Shown in pieces: positions 1 to 12,840 of a DNA stretch of 64,000 nt. The notes under the pieces were generated by a model, which was not told the DNA's origin, searched no databases, and saw only the letters and a list, made by a program, of their open reading frames with translations. The stretch comes from Heterodontus francisci (taxonomy: Eukaryota), in the NCBI RefSeq assembly GCF_036365525.1, contig NC_090401.1:55438868-55502867 (forward strand), given 5' to 3'. The translations under genes and the position numbers were made by a program. Position 1 is the stretch's first letter; the number at the start of each line of letters is the position of its first letter.

Positions 1-256
1 GGTTTGGGTCGGGCCGGACGCACACTATCACCACCTCGGGTACGTGGCTCCAATCAATGTACTTTTTAAACAACCTTTCAAGTCCAGTTAGTTTTTGTTG
101 CTTATCTGCACAAGCTTAAAAAGTGAAAAACGGAAGCTAGGTTAACTGAACATTCAGGTGGTCAGGTCTGAAAAAAATGAAAGGACTCGGGCCGGGTCAG
201 ACGCAGTTCTGTCGGGCTCGGGTCGGGTTTCATTTGCAAACCCGAGCCGGCCTTTA
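1..256. mobile_element. hAT-type non-autonomous DNA transposon (MITE), right part, cut by window edge
   Basis: GGGTC/CGGGT subterminal repeats; ends in GAGCCGGCCTTTA, like the termini of the TSD-flanked copies at 1201, 40815, 61006 and 61541. Confidence 0.65.
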
Positions 257-1745
257 GGGAGAGATAAACCCAGTAACAGGCCAGTCAACCTATCGGCAGT
301 TATGGGGAAATTAAATTTGGGAAAAACTGGATTAATGAATACACCCAACAGGTTTGTTAAAGGCAACCCCATCTGACAAAACTGATTTTCTTTGATGCAA
401 CAATGGAGAGGATTGAGGAAGGTAGTGCAGCTAATATATGCATGGCCTTCCAAAAGGCATTAGATTTAATAGACTTGCTAGCAAAATTAAATCCCTTGGA
501 GTGCAAGAGGTTTTAGCAGAATGGGTATGAATTTGGCGAAGAGACACAAAGCAAAGTTGTGGTAAATGATTTTTTGTTTATGTTGGAGGGAAGTATACAG
601 TGGTGTCCCTTGAGCATCATTATTAAACCAACGCTCTTTTGGATATATTTTAAAGATATGGACATGGGCACAAGGGGAACAATGTCAAAGTTTACAGGTG
701 ACGCAAAGCTTGGAAATGCAATGAACAGCAAGAAGGATTGTAGTCACCTTCAGGATGGCATAGGTTGATGAAATGAGCAGACAACTGGCAAATAAAATTT
801 AACGCAGAGGTGTGAAGTTCACCTTCCGGGAGGAAGAATGAGACAACATAAACTAAATGGTACAATATGAAAGGGAACGCAAGAACAGAAAAGCCTGGAA
901 TTATACAGCACAGAAACAGGCCCTTCGGCCCATTGCGTGTCCATACACAAATCCTGGAAGGTGCCAGGTCAAGCTGATAAACTGTTCAAGAAGTATTGGG
1001 GATCCCTGGTTTTGTAAACAGAGGCACACAGTACAAAAGCAAGGAAGTTATACTAAAGGTTTTTAAATCACTGAGGTTAGCCCTCAGCTAGTCGAATGCT
1101 GGGTACTACATTTTAGGAAGGATGCCAAGGCCTTGGAAAGGATGCAGAGATTTATAAGAATATCAGGACAAGGGACTTCAGGTATGGAGAGAGACTAGAG
1201 TAATGCCTGGCTCAGGTACAAAATCAAAACCCGACCCTGGCCCAACCCAACCTGGGCCGGGCCCAAGTCCTTCAATTTTTTTTCAGGCCCAACAATATCA
1301 AACATGTTATTAGTACAGAAAAAAAAATCGTATCAAAAAGGTAGATTAAAATGAAAACAATACCTAACCACAGACAACCCAAACCCGAATGCTGGACACA
1401 GAGCATAGACTCAACCCGAACCAGACATGTAGTCGGGTCTGGTCAGGTTCGGGTAGCCAGACTTTAGACTAGAGAACTTGGGATTGCCTCCTTAAAGCCA
1501 AGGAAGTTAAGGGGAGATTTAATAGAAGTGTTCAAAATTAAGAGGGAGTTTATTAAGTAAATAAGAAACTGTTTCCAGATGGTTGGGTCAATAACCAGAT
1601 GCACGAGTATGCAACTTGCAGGACTATTGGGGGGCATGGAGTGGAGGGAAAGAGGGAAGAAAGATCAAGAGAGGGGACAAATTGGACAGCACTTTCAAAA
1701 GAGCTGCCATATGCATAATGGGCCGAGTGGTCTCCTGAGCTGTAA
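257..1745 (+). mobile_element. Degenerate CR1 LINE (RT region to 3' UTR), interrupted by a MITE
   Basis: SKFTGDAKLG (FADDTK-like) motif; CR1 3' tail ATGGGCCGAGTGGTCTCCT. Confidence 0.75.
1201..1466. mobile_element. hAT-type MITE
   Basis: TIR TAATGCCTGGCT...AGCCAGACTTTA; perfect 8-bp TSD GACTAGAG (1193-1200, 1467-1474); ACCCG repeats. Confidence 0.85.
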
Positions 1746-2806
1746 TCAATGGAGGAAATACGTAGCCTTCCAGCTAACAAAGGGAACTTTGTAAGTAAAT
1801 TGTGATTGCCATTTGACTACTGATTACCTGGGAGGGGGAAATGTGGCAATTAGCTATATAAATCAAATATAGCTATATAATTTTATTTGCACAAGTATCT
1901 TTTTTCTTTTACATACTTAGAATAATTAATATAGCTGTATCCACACGCACATGGTGTGACACCTGGTTTGAGAAATCGTTTTATGAATTAAATCACCTCC
2001 TCTAACCTGATAATGTAAATACATGATAAATTTGCATTTATGTCCTCGTGACCAGTTTTAACAAGCAATTAGAAAAAAATGTTTCTTACTTTTGATGCAT
2101 GGCTAGGGAGGGGGAAATATATTAAGTGATTTCCTGTGACTTTTCTTACAGAACTTTGATCACTGTTTGAGAAGATCATTTAAAACAAATTTCAAATGGT
2201 GCCAATTTGAATGCTGAACTATATATACCTCTACTCAAGCTGCGGTATCAAGTGCACAATTGTCTGCAGTTTAATAAAAGCAAACTGTACCATCATAAAT
2301 GAAACATGCAACTTTGAATTTACACAATCCAATTCAAAACCATACATCTAATGAAACCTTTAAGTATTGCTTCATATTTCAGATTGAACTCTCAGCGTTG
2401 AAATCAAATTTCAAATGATAAACTAGCCACGAACGTCAGCAATGCAACTGAAATTACAAAACTCGCCTCCAAGTGTGTAATAATTTAAGAATAAATTACT
2501 GACAATCTGAAGAGTTACCATTCCAAGAAAATGTGCAGTAGACAATATAACCTTCACTGAAGTTTCAAGCTTAGAATACCACAAATGTAGATAGTGTCAC
2601 ATATATATCAACATAAGCACAGGGGAAGATTTATCCAGTGTCTTAGCTAATAAGTACATGGCCCAAAAAAAATTAAAGCGCTAATTAAAAATCTAAACTG
2701 TTGTGGAAAAGCTCAAGATCCAATATGCAAGTTATTATATGTCACTTTCAAAACTCCATTATATGATCTATCCTAGCTAAATGGAAACCATGTTCAGACT
2801 AAGTAA

Positions 2807-2984
2807 AAACAGAAAGTGCTGGAAATGCTCAAAGCTGTTCTGATGAAAGGTCAGACCTGAAACGTTAACTCTGCTTCTCTCCACAGACACCATGATACTA
2901 TGACTCTATACTGCCTGACCTGCTGAGTATTTTCAGCACTGTTTTTATTTCAGATTTCCAGCATCTGCAATATTTTGCTTTTAT
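2807..2984. mobile_element. Short fold-back Penelope pLTR-derived insertion with hammerhead motif
   Basis: Both arms match the pLTR of the element at 42405, in opposite orientations; 14-bp TSD TTCAGACTAAGTAA (2793-2806, 2985-2998). Confidence 0.8.
2837..2869 (+). ncRNA. Minimal type I hammerhead ribozyme motif
   Basis: GTT-CTGATGA-A-AGGTCAGACCT-GAAACGTT-AAC: CUGAUGA and GAAA cores, stem II AGGT/ACCT, palindromic ACGT helix III, stem I GTT/AAC. Confidence 0.7.
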
Positions 2985-4099
2985 TTCAGACTAAGTAATT
3001 CTTTTTCCCAGCATAAAAAAAGCTGCTTTAATGTCCAAATTACAATAGTGAATTCATAATCTGCAGACTCCAAAATCTGTATGAAACTCCAAAAGCATGT
3101 GGATATAAAGTTTCCATGTAGACTACAAACCAGTCTCTCTAAAGCTTCTATGACCAAAAAGCCACTCACGCTCCTATCGCGAATAGAAACTATATGCTAT
3201 TTAATCCACGTGTACTAAGATGTTCAGCTTGCCCATGCGTCAACTCGGCACAACAATGAGGGCAAGCCACATGTTGCATTAGCAGTCGATCATGCAAAAA
3301 AATTATAATAAATTGTTTTTAAAAATTAAAATGCGGATAAATATTCAATCCTTAGCGTGCCTTTGATTTAAAAAGGACGTTTAAGACTCAGAAAAATCTG
3401 ACTTCCCAACTATTCACCGCTAACGCGGGAAAAATACGCACTTTCCCCATATATTTTTATATATGTTAACGAAAAGTATCAAATAGGCAAATTGATATTC
3501 GGGCACTCCTAGATTTGCTACTGAGACAAGGCTAAAAATAACATTGGACAGTGTATCACAATACAGATCCCATGTGCCAGAAAACCGCGCCGTTTCTGGT
3601 ACCCCCGTTAGTTGGAAACATAAGGCGCCTTGCAGAGAAAATAAATAGGCAAACTGAAAGTAAATAACTCCGTTTAATGGCTGCATTAATTTAATTCTTT
3701 TAACAGAACAAAGCCTGGATCGCAAAAAAAATTTGCATTTAGATTTCCAAGGTTTCATTTGTCCAAAAATAATCAATCGGGCGTTAGAAAAATAGAGCGA
3801 AAGCTTAACATAAAAGCACGGTTCGAGCAGGAATAGAAGAGCTCAGTGCTGCCGAGGCCTCTCCACACACAATCTACCTTTCGTTTTATGCTTCATCTCC
3901 AATGCAGTTGGATATGCATCGAGAATAATTTGCAAATTGTATTTTTTTTTGCATCGCAGGTGGTTTTGATTCTTCCACCCCCACCCAAAAAGCGAGCGCT
4001 CTGCAAACCCAAAAAGGACAAAGTGATGGGCTGGGGCCTAGCACCCCTGGGGCAACTGCGAAGCTCCTCAGACTCCACTTCCCCTGCGGAACCGGGTTT

Positions 4100-4490
4100 A
4101 AAATATCTGCTTCCCTCATTCCCGGTCGCCCGGTACCGACTTTGGAAGCACCGTCTCCTTACCGTGTCTCCGGGCTGGAGGTTTGCGATGCGACGCAGCG
4201 GCTCTGCCCCGGACCGATTAATTTTAAGGTTCAAGCTGTCCCTAAAATGGCCGCGGCCGCCTCATGGATCCCGCTCCCGGCGCGGCACGGGGCTTCCCAC
4301 CGCCGGCCGCACGGAGCGCCCCGCCTCTTCCCCCTCGTCACCCGCAGCAACTCGCCGCCGGCCAATGGCAGGCCGCAATAGGAAAGGGCCCGGCTGCGTA
4401 ACCACACGCCGCCAGCCAATAGCTGGCCGCGATAGGAGAGGGCCGGACTGGGCTGGCGTGCGCTGGCAGGTGGGGGTGGGGCCGCAGGAG
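4100..4490 (-). promoter_or_regulatory. CpG-island promoter and non-coding first exon of an unidentified minus-strand gene
   Basis: CpG-dense; minus-strand donor G|GTAAGG at 4163/4162; YY1-like AAAATGGCCGC near 4245; CCAAT boxes at 4362 and 4416; the ATG in the exon reaches TAG after 7 codons. Confidence 0.65.
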
Positions 4491-4819
4491 AGAGAAAGAG
4501 ACAAGAGCAAGGGAGGAGATTCTTTTGGAGGGGAAAGTCGTTCAGTGCAGTTAGGAGGAAAAGAATAGAAAGATGAAGGAGGTGGGAGGAGAAGGCTGCT
4601 GTGAAGCATGAAGGCCATCATGGACCTGTTGAGCTGAATAGTTTGCTTCTGTGTACATCAATGGAGGGAGAGAGGGAAAAGAAAGGGACAGAGTAAGAGG
4701 GGGAAGGAATAGACAGAATGAAGAGATGCAGTGGCAGAAGAGAAAGAAGGATGTGGAGAGAAAGGAAGAGGAGGAGTGGACAAAGGAGAAGGGATGGATG
4801 AGGGCCAGATAGAGTGGCC

Positions 4820-5700
4820 TCTGGATATTGGAATACAGAGTGAAATTTCAAAATTTGCCAGTGATACCAAACTTACATGTGTGGCAATCAGTGAGGATGA
4901 TAGAAAAACCATCGAAAAATAACAGCGCAGAAGGTCATTCAGCCCATCGTGTCTGTGCTGGCATACCTGATGCATTTTGACAGAAAGAGGGAGGGGGGTG
5001 AGATGGTATGGGTTTAATCATGCAATTCTAAAGAATGTACAGTGACAGATGGACCTGGAGGTTCATGTGCATCGATCTTTGTAGGTGGCAGGGTGTATTG
5101 AGAGAGTAGTTAGCAAAGCATATGGGACCTTGGGCTTCATAAATAGGGGTGTAGAGTACAGAAACAGGGAAATTATGCTGAACCTTTATAAAGTTCTGGT
5201 TAGGCCACAATTAAGAGTATTGCATCCAGTTCTGGTGGCTGCATTTTAGGAAGGCTCTGAGAGTCCTTGAGAAGGTGCAGAGGAGATTTACCAGAATTGT
5301 TTTAGGGATATGGAATTTTACCTGCAAGGTTAGGTTGGAGAAGCTGGGGTTGTTCTCCTTGGAGTGAAGGAGGTTGAGGAGAGATTTGAGAGAGGTGTCC
5401 AAGGTTATGACAGGTTTTGATAAGGTAAATAAAGAAAAGCTTCCCATTAGCTGATAGTACAAAGATCAGGGGACACAGATTTAAGGTTTTGGGCAAGAGT
5501 TGCAAGGAGGATGTGAGGAAGAACTTTTTTACACAGTGGGTGGTAATGACCTGGAACTCGATGTTTACGAGGGTAGTGGAAGTGGAGACAATGAATAATT
5601 TCAAAAGGAAATTGGATGGGCATTGAGGAAAATAAACTTGCAGGGCTACAGGGATAAAGCAGGGGAATGGGAGTGACTGGATTGCTCTACAGAGAGTGGC
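4820..5700 (+). mobile_element. Degenerate CR1 LINE 3' portion
   Basis: ISKFASDTKL motif; EYCIQFW-type region; CR1 3' end. Confidence 0.8.
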
Positions 5701-5744
5701 ATGTCTTTCCATGTCTGTCTTTCCTTACCCATAATTTCTAATAA

Positions 5745-8740
5745 GTATTCAGTTAACCATCTCTGTTCCAAGGAAAAAGCATTCCCTGCTCCTCTACTAC
5801 CTCCACATAAGTGAAGCCCCTCATCGCTGGTCTCGTTCTGGTAAATCACCTCTGCACCCTCTCCAAGGACTTGTTACCTTTCCTCAACACAATATTCCAG
5901 CTGAGACCAAACCAGTAATTTGTAAAAGTTTAGCATAACTTCCTTGCTTTTATATTCTTTGTCTCTATTTACAAAGCCAAGGATCCCACGTGAGTTTCTG
6001 ACAATTTTATCAACTTGTCTTACTAATTTCAACGATGTGTGCATGTGAATCCTCTTTAAAATTGTGCCATTTACTTTATTTTGCCTCTCCTCACTCATTT
6101 TCCAAATACATCACTTCGCACCCCTGCATTAAATTTCATAGAATCATTGAAGAGTACAGCACAGAAGGAGGCCATTCAGCCCATTGTGTCTGTGCCAGCT
6201 GAAAAAGCTATCCAGCCTAATCCCACTTTCCAGCTCTTTGTCTGTGGTCTTGTGGATTTCGGCAGTTCAAGTGCATGTTCAAGTACTTTTTAAATGCGGT
6301 GAGGGTTTCTGCCTGTATCACCCTTTCGGGTAATGTATTTCAGACCGTGACCACTATCGGGTGAAAACAAATTTCCTCCGTTCCCCTCTAAACCTTGTAG
6401 CAATTGCTTTAAATCTATGCCCCCTGGTGATTGAGTGCTGCTAAGAGAAATAGGTCCTTCCTATCCACTGTACCCAGGCCCCTTATAATTTTCTACTCAA
6501 TTATATCTCCCCTCAGCCACTTCTGTTACAAAGAAAACAACCCCAGTCTATCCATTCTTTTCTCATAGTTAAAATGTTCCAGTCCTGACAACATCTTCAA
6601 ATATCTTCTGTACCCTTGCTAGTGCCATCACAGTCTTCCTGTAATGGGGTGACCAGAACTGTACACAGTACTCTAGCTGTGGCCTAAGTAGCATTTTATA
6701 CAGTTCTAGCATAACCTTCCTACTCTCATATTCTACGCCTTGGTTAATAAAGGTAAGTATCCCATATGCATTCTTAACCATCTTATCTACTTGCAACCTT
6801 CAGGGATCTGTGGACATGCACTCCACGATCCCTTTGCTCCTCTACTCTTTGCGGTCTTTTCTTCTTTGGCCTCCTTGTCTCGAGAGACAATGGGTAAGCG
6901 CCTGGAGGTAGTCAGTGGTTTGTGAAGCAGCGCCTGGAGTGGCTATAAAGGCCAATTCTAGAGTGACAGACTCTTCCACTGGCGCTGCAGATAAAATTGG
7001 TTGTCGGGGCTGTTACACAGTTGATTCTCTCCTTGCACTTCTGTCTTTTTTCCTGCCAACAACTAACTCTCTTCGACTCGCCACTGTTTAGCCCCGCCTT
7101 TATTGCTGTCCGCCAGCTCTGGCGATCACTGGCAACTGACTCCCACGACTTGTGATTAATGTCACAGGACTTCATGTCGCGTTTGCAGACATCTTTAAAG
7201 TGGAGACATGGACGGCTGGTGGGTCTGATACCAGTGACAAGCTTGCTGTACAATGTGTCCTTGGGGATCCTGCCATCTTCCATCTCTGCGGTATCCCACT
7301 ATTTATTGTGTATTCCCTTGCCTTGTTTGCCCTCCCCAAATGCATTACCTCACATTTCACTGGATTGAATATCATTTGCCACTTTACTGCCCACCTGACA
7401 AGTCCATTGATAGTTTCCTGCAGTCTACAGCTTTCTTCCTCTATCAACCACACAACCTATTTTTGTTTCATCTGCAATCTTCTATAAACATGCCCCTACA
7501 TTTACATTTAAATCATAGACATATACCATGAAGAGCAAGGAGCCTAGTTCTAGCCGTACGGAACCCCGCTGGACTGGCCTTGCAGTCAAGAAAACATCAA
7601 TTGACCTTTTTTAGCTGCAACTTAGCCAATTTTGGATTCAACTTGCCAATTTCCCTTGGGTCCCATGGGCTATTACTTTTCAGTCCAGTCTGCTGTGTGG
7701 GTTGTCAAAAACCTTCCTAAAATCCATGTAGACTACATGAAATGCACAACCCTGATCCACCCTCCTTATTACCTCCTCAAAAAATTCAATCAAGTTTGTC
7801 AGACACAACTTTCCCTTAACAAATCCATGTTGACTGTCCTTGATTAATCCAAGCTTTACTAAATGACGATTAATTCACTCGCCCAGAATTTATTCCGATA
7901 ATTTGACCACCACCAAGGTTTGGCTGACTGGCCTGTAATTACTCGTTCTATCCCATCCTCCCTTTTTAAACAACAGTACAACGTTGGCAGTCCTCCGGCC
8001 TCTAGCACCACGCCTGGAGCCAGAAAGAATTGGAAAATGCTGGTCCAAGCCGCCACTATTTTCTCCCTTTCTTCTCTTGACGTCTTCTTGTGACTGCCCA
8101 TTTCAACAGTCTGTCATTGTGCTCCTGAGGCATGCTACTATCCTCACTCTTCTCTGTAAATTTTAATATATGTCCAATGGAGCAGCAGTCCTAATACTGA
8201 CCCTTGGGAGACATTGCTGTGCACTTCCCTCCAGTCTGAAACAACAATTGTTCATTGCTATTCTATGCTTTCCGTCTTTAGCCAATTTGTATCCACGCAG
8301 CCATTGCCCCTTTAATCTCTATCTGGCACGTTATCATACACCTTTTGAAACTCCATCTACATAAGATCAACTGCATGACTTTCAACTCTCTTATAGCATG
8401 GAAGGACTCAGTCAAGTTTGTCGGACACAACTTGTCTTTAACAAATCCATGTTGGTTGTCATTAACTAACCCATGTGTTTCCAAGTGAAAATTAATTTAT
8501 GATCCCTAGAAGTTTCCACCACTGAGGTTAAGCTGACTCCGGGTTTAACCTTCTCTTTTTTGAACAAAGGCTTAACATTTGACACCCTCCAATCCTCTGG
8601 CACCACTCCCATATCCAAGGAGAATTGAAAGATTGTGATTAGAGCTGCTACTATTTCCATCCTTGATTCCCTCAGCAACTGAGGATGCATCCCATCCGGA
8701 CCGGGTAACTAATCGACTTTGAGATATACTAACCTTTTAA
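5745..8740 (-). mobile_element. Several CR1 LINE fragments, one split by an RTE insertion
   Basis: ORF remnants RPQLEYCVQFWSPHYRK, WQMIFNPVKCEVMHLG, NQHGFVKDKLCPTNL, VPEDWRVSNVKPLFKK. Confidence 0.85.
6856..7285 (-). mobile_element. RTE-clade (BovB-like) LINE, 5'-truncated 3' end
   Basis: ORF 6912-7283 MEDGRIPKD...RPCLHFKDVCKRDMK...DRQSWR...RVCHSRIGLYSHSRRC, typical RTE C-terminus; nested in CR1; TGCGGT on both flanks. Confidence 0.8.
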
Positions 8741-8744
8741 GTGG

Positions 8745-10160
8745 AATCATAGAGCACAGAAAGAGGCTATTTGGCCCATTGTATCTCTGGCGGATATTTG
8801 AAAGTTATCCAAATAGTCAAACTTCCCTGCTCTTTCCCAATAGCCAGTACAAATTTGCCCTTTCATGTAGGGTTCCTATTCCCTTTTGAAAGTTACTATT
8901 GAATCTGCTTACACCACCCTTTCTGGGAGTGCATTCCAGATCCTAATAACTCTTAAAACGTATTTCTCATTATCTCCATTCTGGTTCTTTTTCCAATTAC
9001 CTCAAATCTGTATCCCCTAGATGCCAACGCCATGCCAGTGAAAATAGTTTATCCTTATTTTCTCTCTCAAAATCCCTCATAATTTTGAACACCTCTGTTA
9101 AATCCCCTCTTAACCTACTCTGCTCCAAACAGACAATGCTAGCTTCCCTAATCTCTCCAGAAATACTTTATTTTTATCCTATCAATTTCCCCACCCCTCC
9201 TCCTTTACTGTGATATAAGTTCTCTTCGCCCCTCTTATTTCCTTTTTCATTTCTCCTCTTTTGTATTCTGTTTGATTCACTACTGTATAATGAGCATGAC
9301 ATTTTATCATAACCCTTCTTGCCATTTCATGTTAATCTAAATTTATTTAGTCATCCAGGGAGCTCCGTCTGGCTTTGGATACCCTGCCTTTCCCTCTCAT
9401 GGGAATGTGTTTTGTCTGTACCTGAATAACTCCCTCTTGAAGGCCTCCCACAGCTCATTAAGTGTTTAACGTGCAAATCTTTGTTTCCAATTCACCTGGG
9501 CCAGATCCCTTTACAACTCATATAAATTAGCCCCCTTCCAGCTGAGTACCTTCAACTTTGTCTCTTTCCATATCTATTGTAAATCTAATGACGCTACTCT
9601 AAACCTGCTAACATTGTTTCCTAGATGCTCTCCCACTGAAACGTGCTCCACTTGTCACACTTCATTTCCTAGAACTAGATCCTTCTAAGTTGGGCTCAAA
9701 ACATACTGATCAAGTAAGTACTCTTGTACACATTCTAGGAATTCCACTTGATTCTTGTTCTTTATCGTTTTTTTCCACCTCTGCCTATAACTGGATAATT
9801 GAAGTTCCCCATTATCACCACTCTATCATTTTTACATCTTTCTGAAATTTGCTTATATATTTGATCCTTCATCTTCCCACTATTGAGTGTTCTATACAAT
9901 ACAACTAACAGTGTAACAGCTCCTCTTCTGCTTTTAAATCTAACCAAATAGCTTCTGCCTTTGATCCCTCTAGCATGCAATCCCTGTCTAGGGTTGTAAT
10001 CCCCCGACCACCTTTTTATTCCTTCCCCACCTCTCATGAATGCACTGTAGCCAGGAATATTAAGTTTCTATTCTTGCCTTATTTGAGTCAGGTCTCGAAT
10101 ATTATCGTACTAGTTCTATTACTCAATGTGACAAATATTGCCTATAGCTGACCATCCTTT
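8745..10160 (-). mobile_element. Old CR1 fragments (3' UTR and endonuclease region)
   Basis: VVLYRTLNS...RVVIMGNFNYP resembles the CR1 APE domain. Confidence 0.65.
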
Positions 10161-10199
10161 TTCATGCTCCATCCATTTATCTTTACTAGATTCTGGGGT

Positions 10200-10980
10200 G
10201 AGGGCTGTCCTGAGGAGAGATTGAGTAGAATGGGTCTATATTCTCTGACGTTTAGAAGAGAGGTGATCTCATTGAAATGTATAAAATTCTTAGAGAGCTT
10301 GACAGGGTATATGCTGAGACTGTTTCCCTTAGCTGGAGAGAGTCTAGAACTAGGGGTCATAGTCTCAGAACAAGGGGTTGGCCATTTAGGACTGAGATGA
10401 GAAATTTCTTCACTCAGAGAGTTGTGAATCTTTGGAAATCTCTACTAAAGAGAGGGCTCTGGATGCTAAGTCATTGAGAATATTCTGAGCCATTTAGATA
10501 GAGTAAATTAAAATAGTTTTCAATGGCTGAAGGTCAATAAGCAAAGGGCACAGGTTTAAAGTGATTGGTAAAAGAACTAGAGGCGGTGAGGAATTACTTT
10601 TTTAGGCAATGAGTGGATAGGATCTGGAATGTATTGCCTGCCTGATAGGTTGTTGGAAACAGATTAAATAATAGTTTCCAAAAGAGAATTGTATAAGTAC
10701 TTAAAGGAGAAAGATTTGCAGAGATATGGGGAAAGAGGGGGGCTTGGGACTAACTGGATTACTCTTCTATACAGCCAGTACGGATTCGATGGGCCAAATG
10801 GCCTACCTCCTTGCTCTACGATTCTATAATCAAGACTAAGATCAATACATTATTGGACACTAAGGGTGTGGGGATATGGCAGGAAAGTAGAGTTGATGGA
10901 GTTCAGCCATTATGCTATTGAATGATGGACCAGGCTGGAGGGGTCATATGGCCTACTCCTGCTCCTCTTTCGTATATTAT
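10200..10980 (+). mobile_element. CR1 LINE 3' ends (nested)
   Basis: ESRTRGHSL...FFTQRVVNLW motif; CR1 3' tails. Confidence 0.75.
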
Positions 10981-11466
10981 TACATACATGCACTGTAAAC
11001 CTGCCTTTGTCCACTTTCCATTTCCCCCTATCTGATCCCTCCTCCTTCTGGACTATTTATTCTAATACTGTTGGTCTCACCTTGTTTCATCCTGGTTCCT
11101 CTTCCCTGCCAAATTAAATGCTGCCCTACAGCACTAGTTAACCCTTTCCTGAGGACAGTAATAGTCAATTCGGAAAATCTTATGTGAAGGGGTTTGCCCG
11201 TATTTCAACACTATCAACAATGATAGTATAACCCAGGGATGTAATATTCTTTCCCTGTATTGTGTCGTTCACGTGTCCCTCTGCTATCTTTTTGAAGGCA
11301 GACCAATAAAACATCTGGTAAGATGAGGTCAGATATGATTGTTAAATTGCTTTATTTCAATTATGGTTGGACTCATTTAATTCAATTGGCACAACTTGTC
11401 CTTGCATAATCCAAAGACAATGAATACAGTACTTTAACACTTTCCCACATCAATAGGTTTTTTTTT

Positions 11467-11742
11467 TAAAGAGATACAGCACTGAAACAGGCCCTTCGGC
11501 CCACCGAGTCTGTGCTGACCATCAACCACCCATTTATACTAATCCCATATTCCTACCACATCCCCACCTGTCCCTATATTCCCCTACCACCTACCTATAC
11601 TAGGGGCAATTTATAATGGCCAATTTACCTATCAACCTGCAAGTCTTTTGGTGGTGGGAGGAAACCGGAGCACCCGGCGAAAACCCACGCAGACACAGGG
11701 AGAACTTGCAAACTCCACACAGGCAGTACCTAGAATTGAACC
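11467..11742 (-). mobile_element. HE1-like V-SINE, 5'-truncated
   Basis: Near-identical to the SINE at 37721-38079. Confidence 0.8.
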
Positions 11743-11959
11743 TTGTAGGACTTAAAATAATGGCTTTCCTGCATTATCACCTGAGCCTATCCTATAGTGG
11801 AAGACTAAGAATTGAGTCCTTTTACTGGTGGTGTACGGGAGGAAAACAATTGGGTACTGGTGAGAGCACTATAATTAGCCTCATTTTTCCTGAGCTAGGG
11901 AGGAGAAAAGACCAAGAATTTCTGCTCCAGATGAAAGTGTGTTTTTTTTAAATTTGTTT

Positions 11960-12840
11960 TATAGGATGTGGGTGTTGCGGCATTTGTTGCCCGTCTAATT
12001 GCTCGAGAAGGTGGTGGTGAGCTGCCTTCATGAACCGCTGCAGTCCATCTGCTGCAGGTGGACAGTGCAGTTAGGGAGGAAGCAAGTAACATTCACGCCA
12101 CACAAGTGCCAGGCAATGACCACCTCAAAGAAAAGAGAATCTATCTCCCCTTGACGTTTAATGGCATTACCATCACTGAATCCCCCACCATCAACATCCT
12201 GGGTGGGTCACCAAAAACTGAACTGGACCAGTCACATAAATGCTGTGGCTACAAGAGCAGGTCAAAGGCAGGCAATTCTGCAGCGAGTAATATACCTCCT
12301 GTCTCCCCAATACCTGTCCACCATCTACAAGGCACAATTCAGGAGTGTGATGGAATATTCTCCACTTGCCTGGATGAGGGCAGCTCCAACAACACTTGAG
12401 AAGCTCGACACCATCCAGGACAAAGCAGCCCGCTTGATTTCCACCCCATCCACCACCTTCAACATTCACTCCCTCCACCACCAATGCACAGTGGTAGCAG
12501 TGTGTACCATCTACAAGACGCACTGCAACAACTCACCAAGGGTCCTTCAACAGCACCTTCCAAACCCACGACCTCTACCACCTAAGACAAGGGCAGCAAA
12601 TGCAAGGAACACCACCACCTTGAATGTCAAGGAGAGATGGTTAGATTCTCTCTTGTTGGAGATGGTCATTGCCTGGCACTTGTGTGGTGCGAATGTTACT
12701 TGCCACATCAGCCACATGTTGTCCAGGTTTTGCTGAATATGGACAGACTGCTTCAGTATCTGAGGAGCTGCAAATGGTACTGAACATTGTACAATCATCA
12801 GTGAACATCCCCACTTCTGACCTTATGATGGAAGGTTGTA
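11960..12840. mobile_element. CR1/L2-group LINE 3' fragment with internal inversion
   Basis: ORF LNWTSHIN...IYKAQFRSVMEYSPLAW...LDTIQDKAARLI on plus; flanking parts of the same element on minus. Confidence 0.7.

Noticed and set aside
3846-4568. 240-aa plus-strand ORF and overlapping ORFs
   Set aside because: GTG start, low-complexity R/G/P content typical of CpG islands, no recognisable domain
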